A model generated the notes under the pieces. It did no database searches, was not told where the DNA came from, and saw only the letters and a list, made by a program, of their open reading frames with translations. A stretch of DNA of 64,000 nucleotides from an uncultured Armatimonadetes bacterium. GTDB taxonomy: Bacteria > Armatimonadota > Hebobacteria > Hebobacterales > Hebobacteraceae. The translations under genes were made by a program, and so were the position numbers. Shown piece after piece: positions 62,476-64,000 of this stretch (positions within the stretch are counted from its first letter, which is position 1; every line of letters starts with the position of its first letter). The DNA is taken from contig OY970296.1 of NCBI GenBank assembly GCA_963716175.1, positions 3,168,001 to 3,232,000 on the forward strand, written 5' to 3'.

Positions 62476-63561
62476 CTAGATGACCTCCAGGTAATCCTTC
62501 TCCGGCAGCGCTGGAAACGGGTTGGTCGGCAGGGTCTGGTACCAGTAGGCGACTGACGCGATGTCATCCTGCAATGGCAGGTAGCGACCGCCGCTCCGCC
62601 AGCCGAGGGCCTGGATGGTGACGCGCAGGTCCTGCTGAAAGCGAACGGGGTCCATGATGTGCCAGCGGTAGAGCCCGAAGCGGGTCTGGGAGGAGTACAG
62701 CCCATCGGGCCGGATTACCTGGGGCAGGCCGGAGTAGGGGGTGGTGAACTCGCGGTACCCGCCCTGCTCCTTGCCGACATCGAAGTTGTAGGCGCCGCAG
62801 AAGTAGTCCTCGGTGCCGGTGCCGCAGATGGTGGGGAAGTCGCCATCGCCGTCCAGGTAGAACTTGATCTCCCCCTCCCCCCACCAGCCGCAGTTATTCA
62901 CCCCCCAGGCCATATAGGCGCCGACGTACTGGCCCTGCCCTTTCACCCCATCGAGGATGGTGTGGACACTCTTATAGGGCAGCGGATTCACGCGGCGGAA
63001 CTGGGCGTGGAAGTAAGCGGCATCAGCGGGTACCTCGGTCAGGGTGTAGTTGATCTGGTAGTAGAGCGTCATCGCCTCCTCGGCGATGTTGGTCACGGTG
63101 ATCTTGCAGGCTTTGCGGAAGGGCATCTCCCAGTAGCAGTTCAGGCCGCTGCCCGGGTTCACGCACACCGCGAGCGACGAGACCTGCGCGTACTTGCCCC
63201 AGCCGCAGGCGAAGAAATCGCCCACCGGGCACTCCACCGCCGGCGTCTCCGCCCCATCCCAGTAGATGCGCAGAATGCTGAACCGCCAGTGGCCGGTGGG
63301 GGTCATCCAGATCTGCTGGATCGCTCCCGAGCCCTGGATATCGGCGATGGCGCGGCACTCCCCCGGCTCGATGCGGATGAACGGGTTGACCTTCCAGCCC
63401 TGGCCCAGGTCGCGGGCGCTGCCGGAGGCGCTGCCCTCGGCGGCCATCCCCCCCTTGCCCTTCTCGCCGCCGGGGTTCTCCGGGCTGATGGAACGCGTCT
63501 TGGCCGATGATAGGCGAGACAAGTTCCCGAGGTGTAGTCCGAGTCCGTTGAATGGAGACAT
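62476..63561 (-). CDS. DUF2961 / GH172 glycoside hydrolase
   Basis: SISPENP, WWGEGEIKFY, GTGTEDYF, YRWHIMDP, VAYWYQ. Confidence 0.92.
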   Translation of the reverse strand: MSPFNGLGLHLGNLSRLSSAKTRSISPENPGGEKGKGGMAAEGSASGSARDLGQGWKVNPFIRIEPGECRAIADIQGSGAIQQIWMTPTGHWRFSILRIYWDGAETPAVECPVGDFFACGWGKYAQVSSLAVCVNPGSGLNCYWEMPFRKACKITVTNIAEEAMTLYYQINYTLTEVPADAAYFHAQFRRVNPLPYKSVHTILDGVKGQGQYVGAYMAWGVNNCGWWGEGEIKFYLDGDGDFPTICGTGTEDYFCGAYNFDVGKEQGGYREFTTPYSGLPQVIRPDGLYSSQTRFGLYRWHIMDPVRFQQDLRVTIQALGWRSGGRYLPLQDDIASVAYWYQTLPTNPFPALPEKDYLEVI

Positions 63562-63765
63562 GGACGGCTCCTTGCAGGTTGGTCTGCGAGAATGGGCGGG
63601 ATCGCAGATCCCGCTTCAGGACATGCCACAGGCGGGAAGTGCGGACTTCGCCCGCGCCCAATATAGCGGACAGGCGAGGGAAGGTCAAAGCCGTTTGCGT
63701 GCCCGCAGGCCGCGCGGTGAGAGGAGGGCCCGCCGCCACCTGCTCTGTCCGCGGAAGCGGGGGCG

Positions 63766-63999
63766 TCAGTGGCCGGCCGCGATCGCGGCCGCCGCCGCCG
63801 CGCCCACCATATCGCTGATCAGATAGCCGGCCACCGGGTACCGCTTCTCGAACCATAGGAGAGTGGCCTCTAGCCCCATCGGTACACCCTCTTCACTGAG
63901 CCTTGACGCCGGGTCTGTTGCCACCAGGTACTGCCCATAAAAGTTCCAGGACCAGTCCGAATTCATGCCGCGGATGTCCAAGAGCACGTCCCCCAGGGT
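63766..63999 (-). CDS. C-terminus of a protein that starts beyond the window
   Basis: Frame is open to the window edge; ends AAAAAAIAAGH*. Confidence 0.5.
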   Translation of the reverse strand, partial: TLGDVLLDIRGMNSDWSWNFYGQYLVATDPASRLSEEGVPMGLEATLLWFEKRYPVAGYLISDMVGAAAAAAIAAGH

Positions 64000-64000
64000 G

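Overview
High-GC bacterial chromosomal window. The gene content (prepilin/H-X9-DG proteins, an SLH protein, csaB with a DUF5693-like gene) suggests an Armatimonadota-like organism; this is inference only. It holds the riboflavin operon (ribD-ribE-ribBA-ribH) with dtd, iscU, cimA, amino-sugar catabolism genes, cell-envelope genes and carbohydrate-active enzymes. Two prepilin-type/H-X9-DG genes sit among an AraC regulator, an ANTAR response regulator and a degenerate histidine kinase. An ~8.3 kb phage-satellite-like element (48.9-57.2 kb) encodes a serine integrase, a lone HK97 capsid, Rep, a ParB-methylase and an HTH protein. About seven genes carry 1-2 bp frameshifts, several in G-runs or (CG)n tracts, most likely sequencing errors. 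The best novel candidate is at 31.4-31.9 kb: three apparent small-RNA genes, each with a candidate promoter and a 3' hairpin, whose 5' seeds are antisense to the conserved (FT)LIELLVV-coding sequence of prepilin-family genes. They could form an sRNA system that silences a whole paralog family. All calls come from reading the sequence by eye; no database searches were run.
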